64,000 nucleotides of DNA, from the NCBI GenBank assembly GCA_002269645.1, contig NIVC01000848.1, positions 45,307 through 109,306 of the forward strand, read 5' to 3'. This stretch comes from Macrostomum lignano. Taxonomy: Eukaryota. Positions within the stretch are counted from its first letter, which is position 1. Every line of letters starts with the position of its first letter. A model generated the notes under the pieces. The model was not told the origin of the DNA. It did not search any database and saw only the letters and a list, made by a program, of their open reading frames with translations. The translations under genes were made by a program, and so were the position numbers. Shown here in pieces: positions 17,210 through 59,984 of the stretch.

Positions 17210-18905
17210 CACAGGGATAGGGGACAGACACATTGATTTAGGGGACAGACACATTGATTTAGGGTACAGACAGACAGAGATAGGGGACAGACACATTGAT
17301 TTAGGGTACAGACAGACAGAGATAGGGGACAGACACATTGATTTAGGGTACAGACAGACAGAGATAGGGGACAGACACATTGATTTAGGGTACAAACAGA
17401 CAGAGATAGGGGACAGACACAGATATAGAAGTCAGACACAGAAATAGGGACACACAGATAGGGGACAGACACACACAGATAGGGGACAGACACACACAGA
17501 TAGGGGACAGACACACACAGATAGGAGACAGACACACACAGATAGGGGACAGACACACACAGATAGAGAACAGACACACACAGATAGAGAACAGACACAC
17601 AGATAGGGACAGACACACACAGATAGGGGACAGACACACACAGATAGGGGACAGACACACACAGATAGGGACAGACACACACAGGGGACAGACACACACA
17701 GATAGGGACAGACACACACAGATAGGGGACAGACACACACAGATAGGGGACAGACACACACAGATAGGGGACAGACACACACAGATAGGGACAGACACAC
17801 ACAGATAGAGAACAGACACACACACAGATAGGGACAGACACACACAGATAGGGGACAGACACACACAGATAGGGGACAGACACACACAGATAGGGGACAG
17901 ACACACACAGATAGGGACAGACACACAGAGAGGGCACGCAGACACACACAGATAGGGGACAGACACACACAGATAGGAGACAGACACACAGAGAGGGCAC
18001 GCAGACACACACAGATAGGGGACAGACACACACAGATAGGGGACAGACACACACAGATAGGGACAGACACACAGAGAGGGCACGCAGACACACACAGATA
18101 GGGGACAGACACACACAGATAGGAGACAGACACACAGAGAGGGCACGCAGACACACACAGATAGGGGACAGACACACACAGATAGGGGACAGACACACAC
18201 AGATAGGGACAGACACACAGAGAGGGCACGCAGACACACACAGATAGGGGACAGACACACACAGATAGGAGACAGACACACAGAGAGGGCACGCAGACAC
18301 ACACAGATAGGGGACAGACACACACAGATAGGGGACAGACACACACAGATAGGGGACAGACACACACAGATAGGGACAGACACACAGAGAGGGCACGCAG
18401 ACACACACAGATAGGGGACAGACACACACAGATAGGAGACAGACACACAGAGAGGGCACGCAGACACACACAGATAGGGGACAGACACACACAGATAGAA
18501 GACAGACACACAGAGAGGGCACGCAGACACACACAGATAGGGGACAGACACACACAGATAGGGGACAGACACACACAGATAGGGGACAGACACACACAGA
18601 TAGGGACAGACACACAGAGAGGGCACGCAGACACACACAGATAGGGGACAGACACACACAGATAGGAGACAGACACACAGAGAGGGCACGCAGACACACA
18701 CAGATAGGGGACAGACACACACAGATAGGGACAGACACACAGAGAGGGCACGCAGACACACACAGATAGGGGACAGACACACACAGATAGGAGACAGACA
18801 CACACAGATAGGGACAGACACACACAGATAGGAGACAGACACACACAGATAGGGGACAGACACACACAGATAGGAGACAGACACACAGACAGGGCACGCA
18901 GACAC
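17210..18905. repeat. Minisatellite of about 22 bp with higher-order structure between DDX5 and Scm
   Basis: GACAGACACACACAGATAGGGG, interleaved with a GAGAGGGCACGCAGACACAC variant. Confidence 0.95.
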
Positions 18906-19588
18906 AGTAAGCAATGCTTAAGGCCAACCAAATTCCCAGCTACACTAATAAAAAGGCGATTGCATCAGAAAGAAAAGACACAGGCGAACACAAATTACAC
19001 AACGAACGGATCATTGTTTCCCTTGTTGTTGACGCATATTATTATTTTATTTTATTACTATTGTTGTTAGATTCAGTTATTATCAAAGTTTCACATAGTT
19101 TTGCTGACATAAGACTGCAACACTTGCAGGCGACGACGGCGGCGGCTGGGGCGACAGGAGAAGTTCCTAAGCAAGGAAAACTTGATTAATAAACAAACAT
19201 AAAAAATTAGTATTTTTTATTTAAAAAGAAACAGAACAATTATAGATAATAGAACATGATAAACAGACGACACTTATAATATTTAATATAAAACGTTTAT
19301 TAGCTGGCTGTCACGTGACAACTAAAAATAGAATTAGTAGTATATATAGAGTGAAACTTATTTATATAGTTTTAAAAACAGCTCCCGCCCGATCTATTTA
19401 TTATTACTCTGCAGCAAAGTCACTGGGTTAATAGGGACTTTATTGCCGATTTTAAACACATGAAAAACACATACACACACGGAGAGAGAGATAACACTAG
19501 TTAATTAAAACGGAAATGTATTGCTGACAACTTCGCTGTCCACACACACACCCCCCTCTTCATCAGATCGGACCGCCAATTGGGCAGC

Positions 19589-32927
<13,339 letters not shown>

Positions 32928-33492
32928 TGAAATTGTTGTTGAACAGCTTATTAAAAAGGCTTATTAAATAATCCCTCAGCAGACCGACCGTACGAAAAAA
33001 AGTGAAGTGGTAGTGCAGTAAGTTATTGGATGATGATTCAACACAGTTAAATATGCAAATTTCAAATTTAAAAACGGTGTTCAGTGTAAACAAAATAAAC
33101 TTGTTTTGTGCTAAAGTATTGTATAATATATAAATCCGATTGTTGTATATAGAGTTTTGTTACTTTCCTTATTTTTTCTACGATTTTTTATACGGTACAT
33201 AAAATATGATAATTTTTATCGCGCTAACATGATTTCTTATTTCGAATATTTTTACGTATCACATCACATGGTATAACAGTCATCAGGACAAAGCTAGTGT
33301 GTGTGGCACTTAATTACTTCTGTGAAAATAGGTCATATTAGTAAATACTATTGGATTTTTTTCAGATTTAATATTTATAAAATAAGCTATTTTAGTAACT
33401 TTCATACATTTGTTGCTGAATGAAATCTTCTACTCTGTAAGAATTAAGATTTCTCGAGACTCCTTGGGAGTCGAGAACGTTACCGCTGAAGT
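32928..33492. promoter_or_regulatory. Probable bidirectional promoter and 5' UTR region between DDX5 (minus) and DOK7-like (plus)
   Basis: Only 565 bp separate the two divergent ATGs. The region is AT-rich and has an imperfect inverted repeat at 33451-33477. No TSS data. Confidence 0.5.
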
Positions 33493-48741
<15,249 letters not shown>

Positions 48742-48764
<23 letters not shown>

Positions 48765-49012
48765 TGATATTGAACCACAGACTACTGGTAGTAATGCGGC
48801 TCGGTTAAATCTGATTAATGATATTGAACCACAGACTACTGGTAGTAATGCGGCTCGGTTACATCTGATTGATGATATTGAACCACAGACTACTGGTAGT
48901 AATGCGGCTCGGTTGCATCTGATTGATGATATTGAACCACAGACTACTGGTAGTAATGCGGCTCGGTTGCATCTGATTGATGATATTGAACCACAGACTA
49001 CTGGTAGTAATG
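48742..49012. repeat. 54-bp x5 tandem repeat overlapping the DOK7-like stop codon
   Basis: GCGGCTCGGTTAAATCTGATTGATGATATTGAACCACAGACTACTGGTAGTAAT, with copies at 48742, 48796, 48850, 48904 and 48958. Confidence 0.95.
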
Positions 49013-49489
49013 CATGAGGTGACGCGTTTACTGCAGAGCTGCTCTGCTCCCAGACTTGTAATCGTACTCGAATTTTGATCAGAATTTTTCTACCTCTACG
49101 TCTGCTTGATCTGATTTGCTGTTGTCTTGTGCCGGCCTTCGGGCTTGAAGACCCCTTCTGTGCCGCTACAGGCTCTCTGCTTCCCCACGCCCCAGCTGTG
49201 CAATCAGCTGCTTCTCAGACACACTTTTTCCACTAATATAGAAATCGTTTCTGACAATTTTACTCACGACTAAGTTCTTCTTTCGTGCAATTTCTTTTTT
49301 TCTCAGGTGCAGTATTTTTGTCGCTCCGAGCACTATCCTTTTGATTGGTCCGTATTGTTATTGTTTAATCCGACTTCTGATTTGCTGTACTGTCTTGATA
49401 GCACCATGCAATTAATTATGCACAGGTGTTAATGAGCTGCGGTAGCTGAGACTTCTCGTGCCACGGTCTTGTGATCCTGTGCCCCATGT

Positions 49490-50530
49490 GACACTCCCAC
49501 AGCCTTCCCCCTGACACTCCCAGCCTTCCCCCTGACACTCTCACAGCCTTCCCCTTGACACTCTCACAGCCTTCCCCCTGACACTCCCAGCCTTCCCCCT
49601 GACACTCTCACAGCCTTCCCCTTGACACTCTCACAGCCTTCCCCTTGACACTCTCACAGCCTTCCCCTTGACACTCTCACAGCCTTCCCCTTGACACTCC
49701 CACAGCCTTCCCCCTGACACTCCCACAGCCTTCCCCCTGACACTCCCACAGCCTTCCCCCTGACACTCCCACAGCCTTCCCCTTGACACTCCCACAACCT
49801 TCCCCTTGACACTCCCACAGCCTTCCCTTTGACACTCCCACAGCCTTCCCCCTGACACTCCCACAGCCTTCCCTCTGACACTCCCACAGCCTTCCCCCTG
49901 ACACTCCCACAGCCTTCCCCTTGACACTCCCACAGCCTTCCCCCTGACACTCCCACAGCCTTCCCCCTGACACTCCCACAGCCTTCCCCTTGACACTCCC
50001 ACAGCCTTCCCCCCTGACACTCCCACAGCCTTCCCCCTGACACTCCCACAGCCTTCCCCTTGACACTCCCACAGCCTTCCCCCCTGACACTCCCACAGCC
50101 TTCCCCCTGACACTCCCACAGCCTTCCCCTTGACACTCCCACAGCCTTCCCCCTGACACTCCCACAGCCTTCCCCCTGACACTCCCACAGCTTTCCCCTT
50201 GACACTCCCACAGCCTTCCCCCTGACACTCCCACAGCCTTCCCCCTGACACTCCCACAGCCTTCCCCCTGACCCTCCCACAGCCTCCCCCTGACACTCCC
50301 ACAGCCTTCCCCCTGACACTCCCACAGCCTTCCCCCCTGACACTCCAACAGCCTTCCCCCTGACACTCCCACAGCCTCCCCCTGACACTCCCACAGCCTT
50401 CCCCCTGACACTCCCACAGCCTTCCCCCTGACACTCCCACAGCCTTCCCCCTGACACTCCCACAGCCTTCCCCCCTGACACTCCCACAGCCTTCCCCCTG
50501 ACACTCCCACAGCCTCCCCCTGACATTCAT
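49490..50530. repeat. 23-bp C-rich minisatellite
   Basis: GACACTCCCACAGCCTTCCCCCT. Confidence 0.95.
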
Positions 50531-53500
50531 TCACACAGCCTGGCCTGACACCTCTCAGCTACTCAATCTCTGAGCAGTATCATAGTTGAGTATTATTTAC
50601 ATACTTCTTACGCGGTAACACAGTATAAAATTTGCTGTAATGTACAGCCTGCAACCTTTCGGTTCTTCTGTTTCATAACTTTTTTCTCTTTGACTGTTGT
50701 GCTGCAGAATTTTTTCCTGACAAAGTTTTCTGCTCAGCTCGCACCCAACCCTCTGCTTTACCTGCGGATAATTAAAATAATAATAAATTTTACCGCTGTA
50801 TTTTTTCCTTTTACTCAAAGCCAAAAAACGCCATGTGCACAGCCATTATCTATTTAGATTCTGTGAAATTTACACAGCTATTTAATGCAGCTGCTGTTTA
50901 ATGTCCTGACTGTACACACCTGCCTACTTTATTGAGCTATACTTAGCTTAATATAAGCGAATTTAGATAATATATTTACGCAATCACGTCAATGCAGTTT
51001 CTCTCGTGTATGCACAGTATAACAATGCTTCTGAGTAAAACCTCGTCTAATCTCGTCTGGGGTAATTTGCTTATGCAGAAAAAATTATACTAGTACATGC
51101 TAGCGTGGTGTTTAATTAAGCTTTGAAAGTCTTACTTTAAAGAGGCTTTCACGAACAGACTCCATCATCGAGTGATCTTTTATGCTGACAATTATTTTAC
51201 ATGGAGATTTCTCCAGATTCTAATGATAACATACGTGCAAAAATCAACTATTACATGTATGGATGCAAGTACGAGAATAAATCAATTGGTTGCAGCCTTC
51301 TTGGAAATGCGAAAAGCCGAAAACAGAATCGCGGTTCAAGAAATGTTCTGGGCAGGAGCTGAAAGCTCAAAAAAGCCTGAAATAGTTGCTATGCATAAAG
51401 TTGCTGTGCGTAAAATCTTGCAATCAGGATCGTGCAATACCTAACGGCGAAGTCCCACACATCAGAAGTAGTTTTTCAAGGAAAATGGCGAATGAGTAGC
51501 TTAGTTTGCATTAGCCGATGTGTTTAAATTTGAAGTAGCAAGGTATTAATCGGCGAAATTTACGCTCGTAAAGTACCCATTTGACAAGGTGGCGCTGGTG
51601 GATCCAGGGTAGGTGGGCATTCAGCTGCAGGACAAATGTATTCGCTTGTTGTAGTTTTAAGATTGTTCAATTACATATCTAAACCCTGACCAACTCAAAT
51701 CGATGTTAAAACAGCACCTCGAAGACGAGCTTGAACTTATCGTCGAATTATGCTCGGATGTGATAGATTTCACAGAAATAAATTTACAAGGTCAAGTGCA
51801 CTTATGTTGCATACATATTTGTAAGCCAAAGCTCTTGTAATAAAAGATGATCCATAATTATAGCGGTGCAGAGGGTTCTTTAAATTGAAAAGAATCCTCT
51901 TTTTCAAATAAGAGTCACAGATGATACTAGCTCGTACTTAATCTACGATTAATTCAGACCTTCGATTTAAAGTTTGTCACGACTTGAACTAGATAGTTAG
52001 CGAGAGTAACCGCTTAAATTTATGAGTGTCACAAAAACGCCGAAATTTAATCCAATACTCGTACTGTGCAAAACTGTCTGCTCCTGTTTCGTACGGCTTA
52101 AAAGATTACAGACGAAAGGTTTGCTAATAAAAAAATAAGACGGAAGACTATGAGGGTTTTTTTTTTCAAAAAGGAATTTTGGTACTGAAAAATGACTTTT
52201 AGAAAATAGGCTTATTATTAAAAAAGAAAATTTTGAACACGAAAAAGTGAATTTGGAGTTTTATCTGACAAAGAGATGTTATAGTTTATCCAGCGTAGAT
52301 GCGTGGATATGAAAAAAATCGTACGCCGTGCCGCTGATGGTAATTTAGTTGTAAAACCGTATAAATGCATTTGCTATTTAACTGACAGATGGCAGGCGTT
52401 ATGCCCGCAAGTTTGGCGCGGCTAAGGCCATACAGAGCATACTAGTATAGAATATTAGTTAAATTAGTTGCCCGGCATATTTGTCAATCAATACAGTCCA
52501 ACAAGCCGCCAACATAGTCCGAAACGGACAAAAGCACAAGCATCGGTAGGGCAGTGATAAATATACGGTACAACATTAGACTGCGGTAGGTAGGTGATAC
52601 TGGAGTCTTTCCATGGCAAAAGGGAGTGGTCAAAGACGGTTTTGATTGAGACAACATGTCTAAGTTTGAAACGATGCTAGCTGGGCGATCACATGAGCTC
52701 AGCGTTGAACTCGTACGGACAAAAACCACTTAAGCCACAAATGCGACATGGGACAGACTCTAATAATAAACTTGGGAATGACTTGCTCGCTGATATCAAG
52801 TGAAAAGCATGCAGTAGATAGTGAGTTTGCTTGAAACATAAGAGCTGGCTCAGAATATTATCAATATTGCGTTAAATACAGGTTATATTAAAGTATAAAC
52901 TGGTCAAACATCTCTATACGATACAAGTTGCTGCAGAACAGGGTGTACGGAAATAAAGGGCTACTGTAACAGGATCATCATTTAGAATTTTAACAAATGT
53001 AATGCCTGGCACGGTGAAAGATTCATTTCCATGCTGCATACGGTGGCTAGACTGTTCACAAAATTCGAATAATAGCTCTGGATGTGAAACTGAAAGCCTG
53101 GACGCCTTTCAATCGAATAATGAAGTTAGAAAATATTAACTAAGAATACAGGAAACAGTCATGGACAAAGTACTGAAGCGAAGAGATTGGGAGCACACAA
53201 ATACATGTTTGAGGCATGGAAGCCTAACAAGACACGACCACAGCAGCAAATATAGTCATTATAAGGTAGCCACTGGTCGCTAGATAGATATTCGTTATTG
53301 CACCGGAAAGATTAGGGGCCGAAGCAGATGATGAGAGTAACAAAACAAAGGTACAATGTTATTCAATACACTATTTCAGGACAAAGGGGAAGAATTCTCT
53401 TGAGAAATGAGAAATAGGATTTAATACGCGTAATCAAGTAATATTAGCACACAAGTTAGTGGACACTGTTTGGGTTGCGTAGAAATTGAAAGGACAAGGA

Positions 53501-53996
53501 AGATGCGGATTATACAAATAGTATGGTGGATTGCATTTTGTACAGGGTGGCAGTCACTTTTAGCTTAGTTCTACTGAAAGCACGTAACATGTACAGAGGG
53601 ATCTAGGCGCAACACGAGCGCATTGGAAAGTAGTAATATATTAGGAAGATAGAAGCAAACAGGTACAGCGTGTCAATTCAAACAGACAAACATCATTGCA
53701 AAGCGCGTCAATGAAAGACTGCAGCCAACCATAGATATAAGTTACAAATGTATTACTAGAATTGAAAATCATCGAATTTAATTACGCGAATACAGCTATA
53801 ACAGGCAACAAAAAAGAAAATAATAGTCTAAAAATAGATGCACCACAAGTGTCCGCTAGGCATTTTTAAGCTCCAATTACTTACTACTAATATCGGAAAA
53901 GTTTCAATTCAATGATGAACAGACGGGACACCTGCAGCATAACTATTCGTTGACTACAGAGACAGTAAGTTATTTACACACAACGCCGCGCCTCAG

Positions 53997-56090
53997 CTAC
54001 TGAGTCGGCCCATTGAGAGTTTGCTGCTCCTGAATGAACTGGAGGCCCTTGCCAGAAGCCAGCATAGCCTTGGTCTCATCATCTAGCTCGCCTTCCTGCT
54101 GGTACTCGGATACATACAGGCGCTTGTCGATCAGCTTGGGGATGGCCTTAATCTCCGTGTTCAGCTGCTGCTCAATCTGTTTAAGAGCAAAGCGGTCGTC
54201 GTACGTGATGAGGTTGATAGCGATGCCCAGGTGTCCGTAGCGGCCAGAGCGGCCAATGCGGTGCAGGTAAGTCTCTGCGTACTTTGGAAAGTCGAAGTTA
54301 ATAACGACATTGACAGAAGGAATGTCGATACCGCGGGTGAATAAGTCTGTGCAGACGAGATTGCGGCAGTGGCCCTGACGGAAGTCATGGAAGACGCGAT
54401 TACGAAAGTGTTGCGACATTCGGGCGTGAATGTAGTAGCACGAGTAGCCAAGCTCGGTGATTTTCTTGGCAAGAAGTTCCACGCGCTGAGCAGTGTTGCA
54501 GAAGATAATCGACTGGTTGATTTGAAGCTTAGAGAACAGAGTGTTGAGGCAATGAACCTGAAACGCAAGAATTGTTGTAAATTATATTTACTTTTAATTA
54601 AGCTCCCGTCCTCCTAACAACATAACAGAAGCCTCTCAGCATTAGCATGGACTAGCATATCATTGGAATCAAATGCTTAAAAAATCTTCATCACAAAGGT
54701 AATGATTAAAATTTAACAATAGAATAACAGTTTGACACATTGACAGGAACAAAGCCGGATTAGTACTTACCTTGTGCTTCTCCTGAACATAGGCGTAGAA
54801 CTGAGTTATACCCTTCAGAGTCAGCTCCTCCATTAGGTTGATCTCGTATGGAGTACGCAGGTAAGTCTCCATAAACTCTTGGACGGTGAGTGGAAATGTG
54901 GCGGAAAACAAGAGAATTTGTCGATCCTTGGGCAGTCGTGAGATGATGCCGCTCAGCATTATCTAAATAAAAATAAAAATCGTATTAGTTGGTTGAACGC
55001 AACTGAAATGCACGGCATCTATTGAGATTTTTAATAGTGACAACTACTTTGTTCAGACAATATATACTAGATTTCATAGGGTATCAAACCCGAAAGATGG
55101 AACATCATATATTAATAACATTAATAAATAATTATACAGTCAGTGCGTATGCTTCCACACTTTTAGTTATCAAAGATCACTTACACTAGGACAGGATGGA
55201 GGTGAGGACTAAGGCTGTGCCTTTTTAATTTTAATTACAGACCCTCGTTTAGGCTTAAATTTGCAAACTTAAAAAATTACCTTAAAATCCTGCGAGAGAA
55301 GCTTGTCTGCCTCATCTAGCACCAACGTTTTGCAAACATCAGTCTTCAGCACATCCTTTTTAAGAAGATCAAGTACTCGACCAGGAGTAGCAATTACGAG
55401 ATGAACCTCTTCATCTAGGCGCATGATGTCATCTTTAAGATTTGTGCCACCCGTAGTAACCATGATCTGTATGCGATTGAAGTGCAGTCAGCTTTAATTA
55501 CCATTAATAACGCAGATTTAAAAAAATGAGCATTTCGAAAATTGGGTTGGGACACATAGCTGACTACTATGACACATCAAGCAAATATTTACCTTGGCAC
55601 CAGTGTGCTTGGCCAATTCTATACATATTTGGCTAGTTTGCAGAGCAAGCTCGCGAGTAGGAACGATGATCATAGATTGTACTGCATTTTTGCTAGTGTC
55701 GATCTTCTCTAGCAGAGGGATGCAGTAGGCACCAGTTTTGCCAGTGCCATTCTTGGCCCTAACAGTTAAGAATGTGAACAGATTTACTTTTGTAAAAACG
55801 TTTTGAACTTGATGTATAAAAGGTACAGCTGAAAGTAAAAATTCTCACCTGGCGAGGACGTCTCGGCCTGTAAGAGCAATAGGGATGCTAGCCTCTTGAA
55901 TTGGCGATGGCTTTTCCCATCCTTTCTCATAAATGCCCATTAGAAGATCGCGCTTTAGGTTGAAATCCTCAAAAGCATTGCCTTTCGTCGATGTAACATC
56001 GACAGTTCGAAGCCGATTATCCTTTGGAGGCAGCTTGAGGCCATCTTTCCAGTCCTGGGAATCACCCTTCTGGGAAGCAGTACGCTCCAT
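53997..56090 (-). CDS. DDX6: DDX6/Me31B/Dhh1 DEAD-box helicase; exons 56090-55849, 55758-55593, 55466-55281, 54962-54771, 54557-53997; about 448 aa
   Basis: [14 protein letters not shown]...[89 protein letters not shown] and [15 protein letters not shown] are diagnostic of DDX6. Junction phases are consistent (1347 nt). An additional upstream exon cannot be excluded. Confidence 0.95.
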
Positions 56091-56676
56091 AAATGCAACA
56101 AATGAGTAGATAATAACTCGAGATCACAGATAATAAAATGCAAATTCAAGGTCCAATCTGAAAGCAAGAAGGTTGTTCTATAAAATATACATCCTAAATA
56201 AAAAAGCAAATATTTTTATAGATAATGTGGTAATTATCTTTAATGGCTCTATATTTCGTGACTTAAAATGCTATAATCTCAATCCCTTATAGATATTAAA
56301 ATGATTGAATATGTACTTTTTTTCTAATTAGACATTATATAAACAATTGGAAATGTCCCAAGTTTACACCTTGAGTTAACCCAAGGTTTAACAAAAATTA
56401 TAGTTTATAGAGTTTATACAAAATTTATTGATATATATATATCGATATAATGAAATATAAAAACTAAAATATTATTCAATTACAATGCATTTTGGTTTGT
56501 ATTCTAGTATTTAACAGTTATAATAGTTATATTTAAATAGGTTAATTAAAATACTATATAACATATATATGCAACACCTGGCCTATGTGGCTAGCTGGCA
56601 AGGGGCCTAGCCAAGGCAAGTCACAAAAATGCCAACATAAAGATACAGATGTAGTATTATTCTAATTATATAATAA

Positions 56677-56828
56677 GACATTTAGCCCTAATAAAAAATG
56701 TTACTCCTGCCATTTACCCAAAATTGAATTAATTTTTGCTTTAGGTTTTTTAAAGATAAGTTGCATTTTTGGTCAAAAAGCAAGTCATATAGCTAATGTT
56801 AATCAGGGGGGGGTTGCATATGTATGCT
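56677..56828. repeat. Dispersed repeat, copy 2 (copy 1 in DDX5 intron 3)
   Basis: See 26716-26856. Confidence 0.7.
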
Positions 56829-59286
56829 ATATAATAAAGCCAAATATATAAGCATATATTTATCTAGTGTAGGACCAAGACAGCCACACATCAAGACTGC
56901 CACACTTGGAAGAGCTAGGAGGGAGGAATTTGGCTTGCCATGTTGTTGGATGGTGCTGATGAGGGGTGAGATGGGGAGAGCCAGCAAGACAAAGCCATGA
57001 GAGAGGAACTGGTGAGCAGGCCAGCCTGGCCAGGTAGGTGAGTGAGCCAGGTTCCTTGTTTTTTTCATTTAATTTGAATTATTAAAATTGCCCTGGTTGA
57101 CTTGAAATCATTTTGGGTTACTTATTCATCTTATTAGTGACCAATCTTGGGACACTTCCTCCTCATCTAACTCCACAACCCATCATAACCAATAGCAATG
57201 CTAGAAGATTGGTAACTTCCCCTCAATTCCAATAGTCAGTAAGAGCTGTGGCGGTCTTGGTATGTGGCCGTCTTGGTCATGCGCCATTTATCTAATTTGA
57301 AAAAAAATTAATTATTAATTATAAATACAAACCTTTAAAACCAGTACAGTGTACATTAAACTATGTAATTTTATTGCTTTATTATAGCCAATGGCCATTT
57401 TTGCAAATAGCATCTAGCACAGATTGGCCTTTAGTAATACAAGCATGGTCTGGTACATTGCATGATTGGGCATTAAAAAAGGGGCATCTAATGCAGTTTA
57501 GACTTTAGTTACAAAAGGGTTTTAATGATTTTAGGCATATGGCATATACAGTTCTAATTTTTTCTGCAATACAGATGCATCATAACTTTTAAAATTGCAT
57601 CCTCAAATTATACCTTGGATGTAATTTTGAATTCTAGTGCCAATGAAAAATAAGGGTTGGACAATATCATACTTTGAGATTTTTAAGATTCAAGATCTAT
57701 ACTTTTAAGACATAGATAGATAAGGATATAATATAATATCCTGATTCCAAATCTAAATATACTAAATCTCTAAGGTTTGTATGTTTGTCATATCCTAAAT
57801 TTAGATCTTGGATACAATTTTGCATCTTAGTGCCAATGAAAAAAACCAATATACCACTATAGAAAAAAAGTTTTATTATCCATTTTTTTTAGATAAAATT
57901 AGGCCCTAAAAGCTTTACGAATATCAATAGAGCTATACAAAAAGCAAAATATCAAAAGATTAACATCTAGTTGGCATGAATGTTTACATAGTCTTTATAA
58001 GTTAGGGCTTAGAAACAGTGCACAGATAGCACACAAATTGTCCATAAAAAGTTTATTCCAGCGCACACTGCCACCTTCCTGAATTCTCATGCTAATGGAC
58101 TCAACAGAGTATGGGGTTCTACGCAAAAATGCATTTTCATAAATAATAGGCCCCTAGTGAATAAGCCTGCACGTTAGGTATTAGGAATACAACTTACAAA
58201 ACTATAGAATCCAATAGAAATAGCCTACGGCCAAATAAATAATTGCTTTGCTTTGCAGTAACTAGGCCTAGTTATGCCTTCAAAATTTGATCAATTACTA
58301 GCTGTTGAATGAACGAAAACATTGATTTATAATATTACTTACTTAAGAATCCTTAGTTGTTGACGAATGAAGTGAAGAACAAATTCGAAAATTGGATACG
58401 CTTTTAGTCAGTGATTTTTGCAATCGGTTAACTTGAACGATAATTCTCGACTGCTAGAAAGAGAGTTAAGACTCGATGCTTAGAAAAGTTTTTCTATACG
58501 GCTTACGGGCCACAGTTAAAATAGAATTTTTTTAAAACGGTTTGAACAGCAGAAAAATGATTTACAAAGTAGGAAATAAAATAATTTAAAACTTTATGCT
58601 TTTATTAAAAACTTTTTTTTCTACTAAATGATTGAAGCATTTGCTATCGTACTTGGTTCAAGGTTAGGAAAGTTCTAATGTATAAACTAAAAAATCACAT
58701 AGAAACTAAAAAAGAGTAGTAATAACGACTACAATAACGACAAAAATCGCCGACTTTTTTAGTAAGCAAAAATACTTTTGGCAGGTCTTTCATTGATCTC
58801 TCCTTATTAACAGATAATGTGTCTATTTAGAATATTTTGTATTATTAAATTATTTTGTGCCCTACATGTATCAGTACAACGTATACTTGTTGATTGATGA
58901 ACTATTTTACGAGATTATTGTATTTGTATAATCGTCCATCTTTCAAGAATCTTGAAGGCATTCATTTTTCACAACGTCATCCTCTGGGGCAATGTCTTTT
59001 TCTACCATACAACCTGTACATTAGGTTTTTAGCATTTGCCCCTGTACATCAGTAGATTTGATGCCTTGTGATGGGAGGGCAGCGAATGTGGTTTTATAGT
59101 GATCAGTGTGCGCATGCTATGAGTAATGACAGTGTGTGCGCAGAAGTAAATAATTCTTTGATAATATACATTTTGTATCCTACTACTCAATGCGTGCTTC
59201 CTAGTCACGTCGAATTACACCTTTATTTTATAACGTTTTGTTATCTACCCCGTTAGATTTAAAAATAAAGGAATGCATGTATACAT

Positions 59287-59984
59287 CAAGGACGACTTAA
59301 GTAGAAGGACGGGAAACCTCGTTTCTTAGAAAAGTTTTGAAGGCACTTTTTCCCGAAAAAATACACTACGGAGATAGGAAGTTTTCATTTTTTCAGCACA
59401 AAAATTGTTATTGCGTTTGATAGGAGGCAGATCCAGTGTTCATCTTTTGATATGTTGTGCCTTTTTTATTGCTCTATCGGTATTTATAAAGCTTTTCGTT
59501 CAGAAAATTAGGATTCTATGTTAATTTTTTATTCTACGTATATTTCCTGGATCTAAAAATCACAAAAATGCATGACACAGCTCCAATATTTGGTTTTATG
59601 AACCTATTTTATCATCTCTGTTACAAATATTTGCTACACAGTCGGGTAAGAATGATAAAAAAGACTCATGAAGCTAAAGAGCCGAGCCGTGGCATTCTAA
59701 TGTATTTCAAGCACAAGACACGCGAAAATATACGTAGAATAAAAAATTAACATAGAATCTTAATTTTCTGAACGAAAAGCTTTATAAATATCGATAGAGC
59801 AATAAAAAAGGCACAACATATCAAAAGATGAACACTGGATCTGCCTCCTATCAAACGCAATAACAATTTTTGTGCTGAAAAAATGAAAACTTCCTATCTC
59901 CGTAGTGTATTTTTTCGGGAGAAAGTGCCTTCAAAACTTTTCTAAGAAACGAGGTTTCCCGTCCTTCTACTTAAGTCGTCCTTG
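59287..59984. mobile_element. Foldback-like non-autonomous DNA transposon (probably hAT), 698 bp, with 259-bp TIRs
   Basis: 59287-59545 is the reverse complement of 59726-59984 (3 mismatches found by eye), with a 180-bp spacer and an exact 8-bp TSD GTATACAT on both sides. Confidence 0.9.

Noticed and set aside
50600-53900. Hidden gene in the interval between DOK7-like and DDX6 (ORFs 51172-51444, 52484-52729)
   Set aside because: No domain similarity or consistent exon chain; more likely 3' UTR or intergenic DNA.
56040-56100. Spliced-leader AUG acting as the DDX6 start via the acceptor-like TACTGCTTCCCAG|AAG
   Set aside because: It would be in frame, but a genomic ATG seven codons upstream already explains the ORF, and nothing in the sequence favours trans-splicing.
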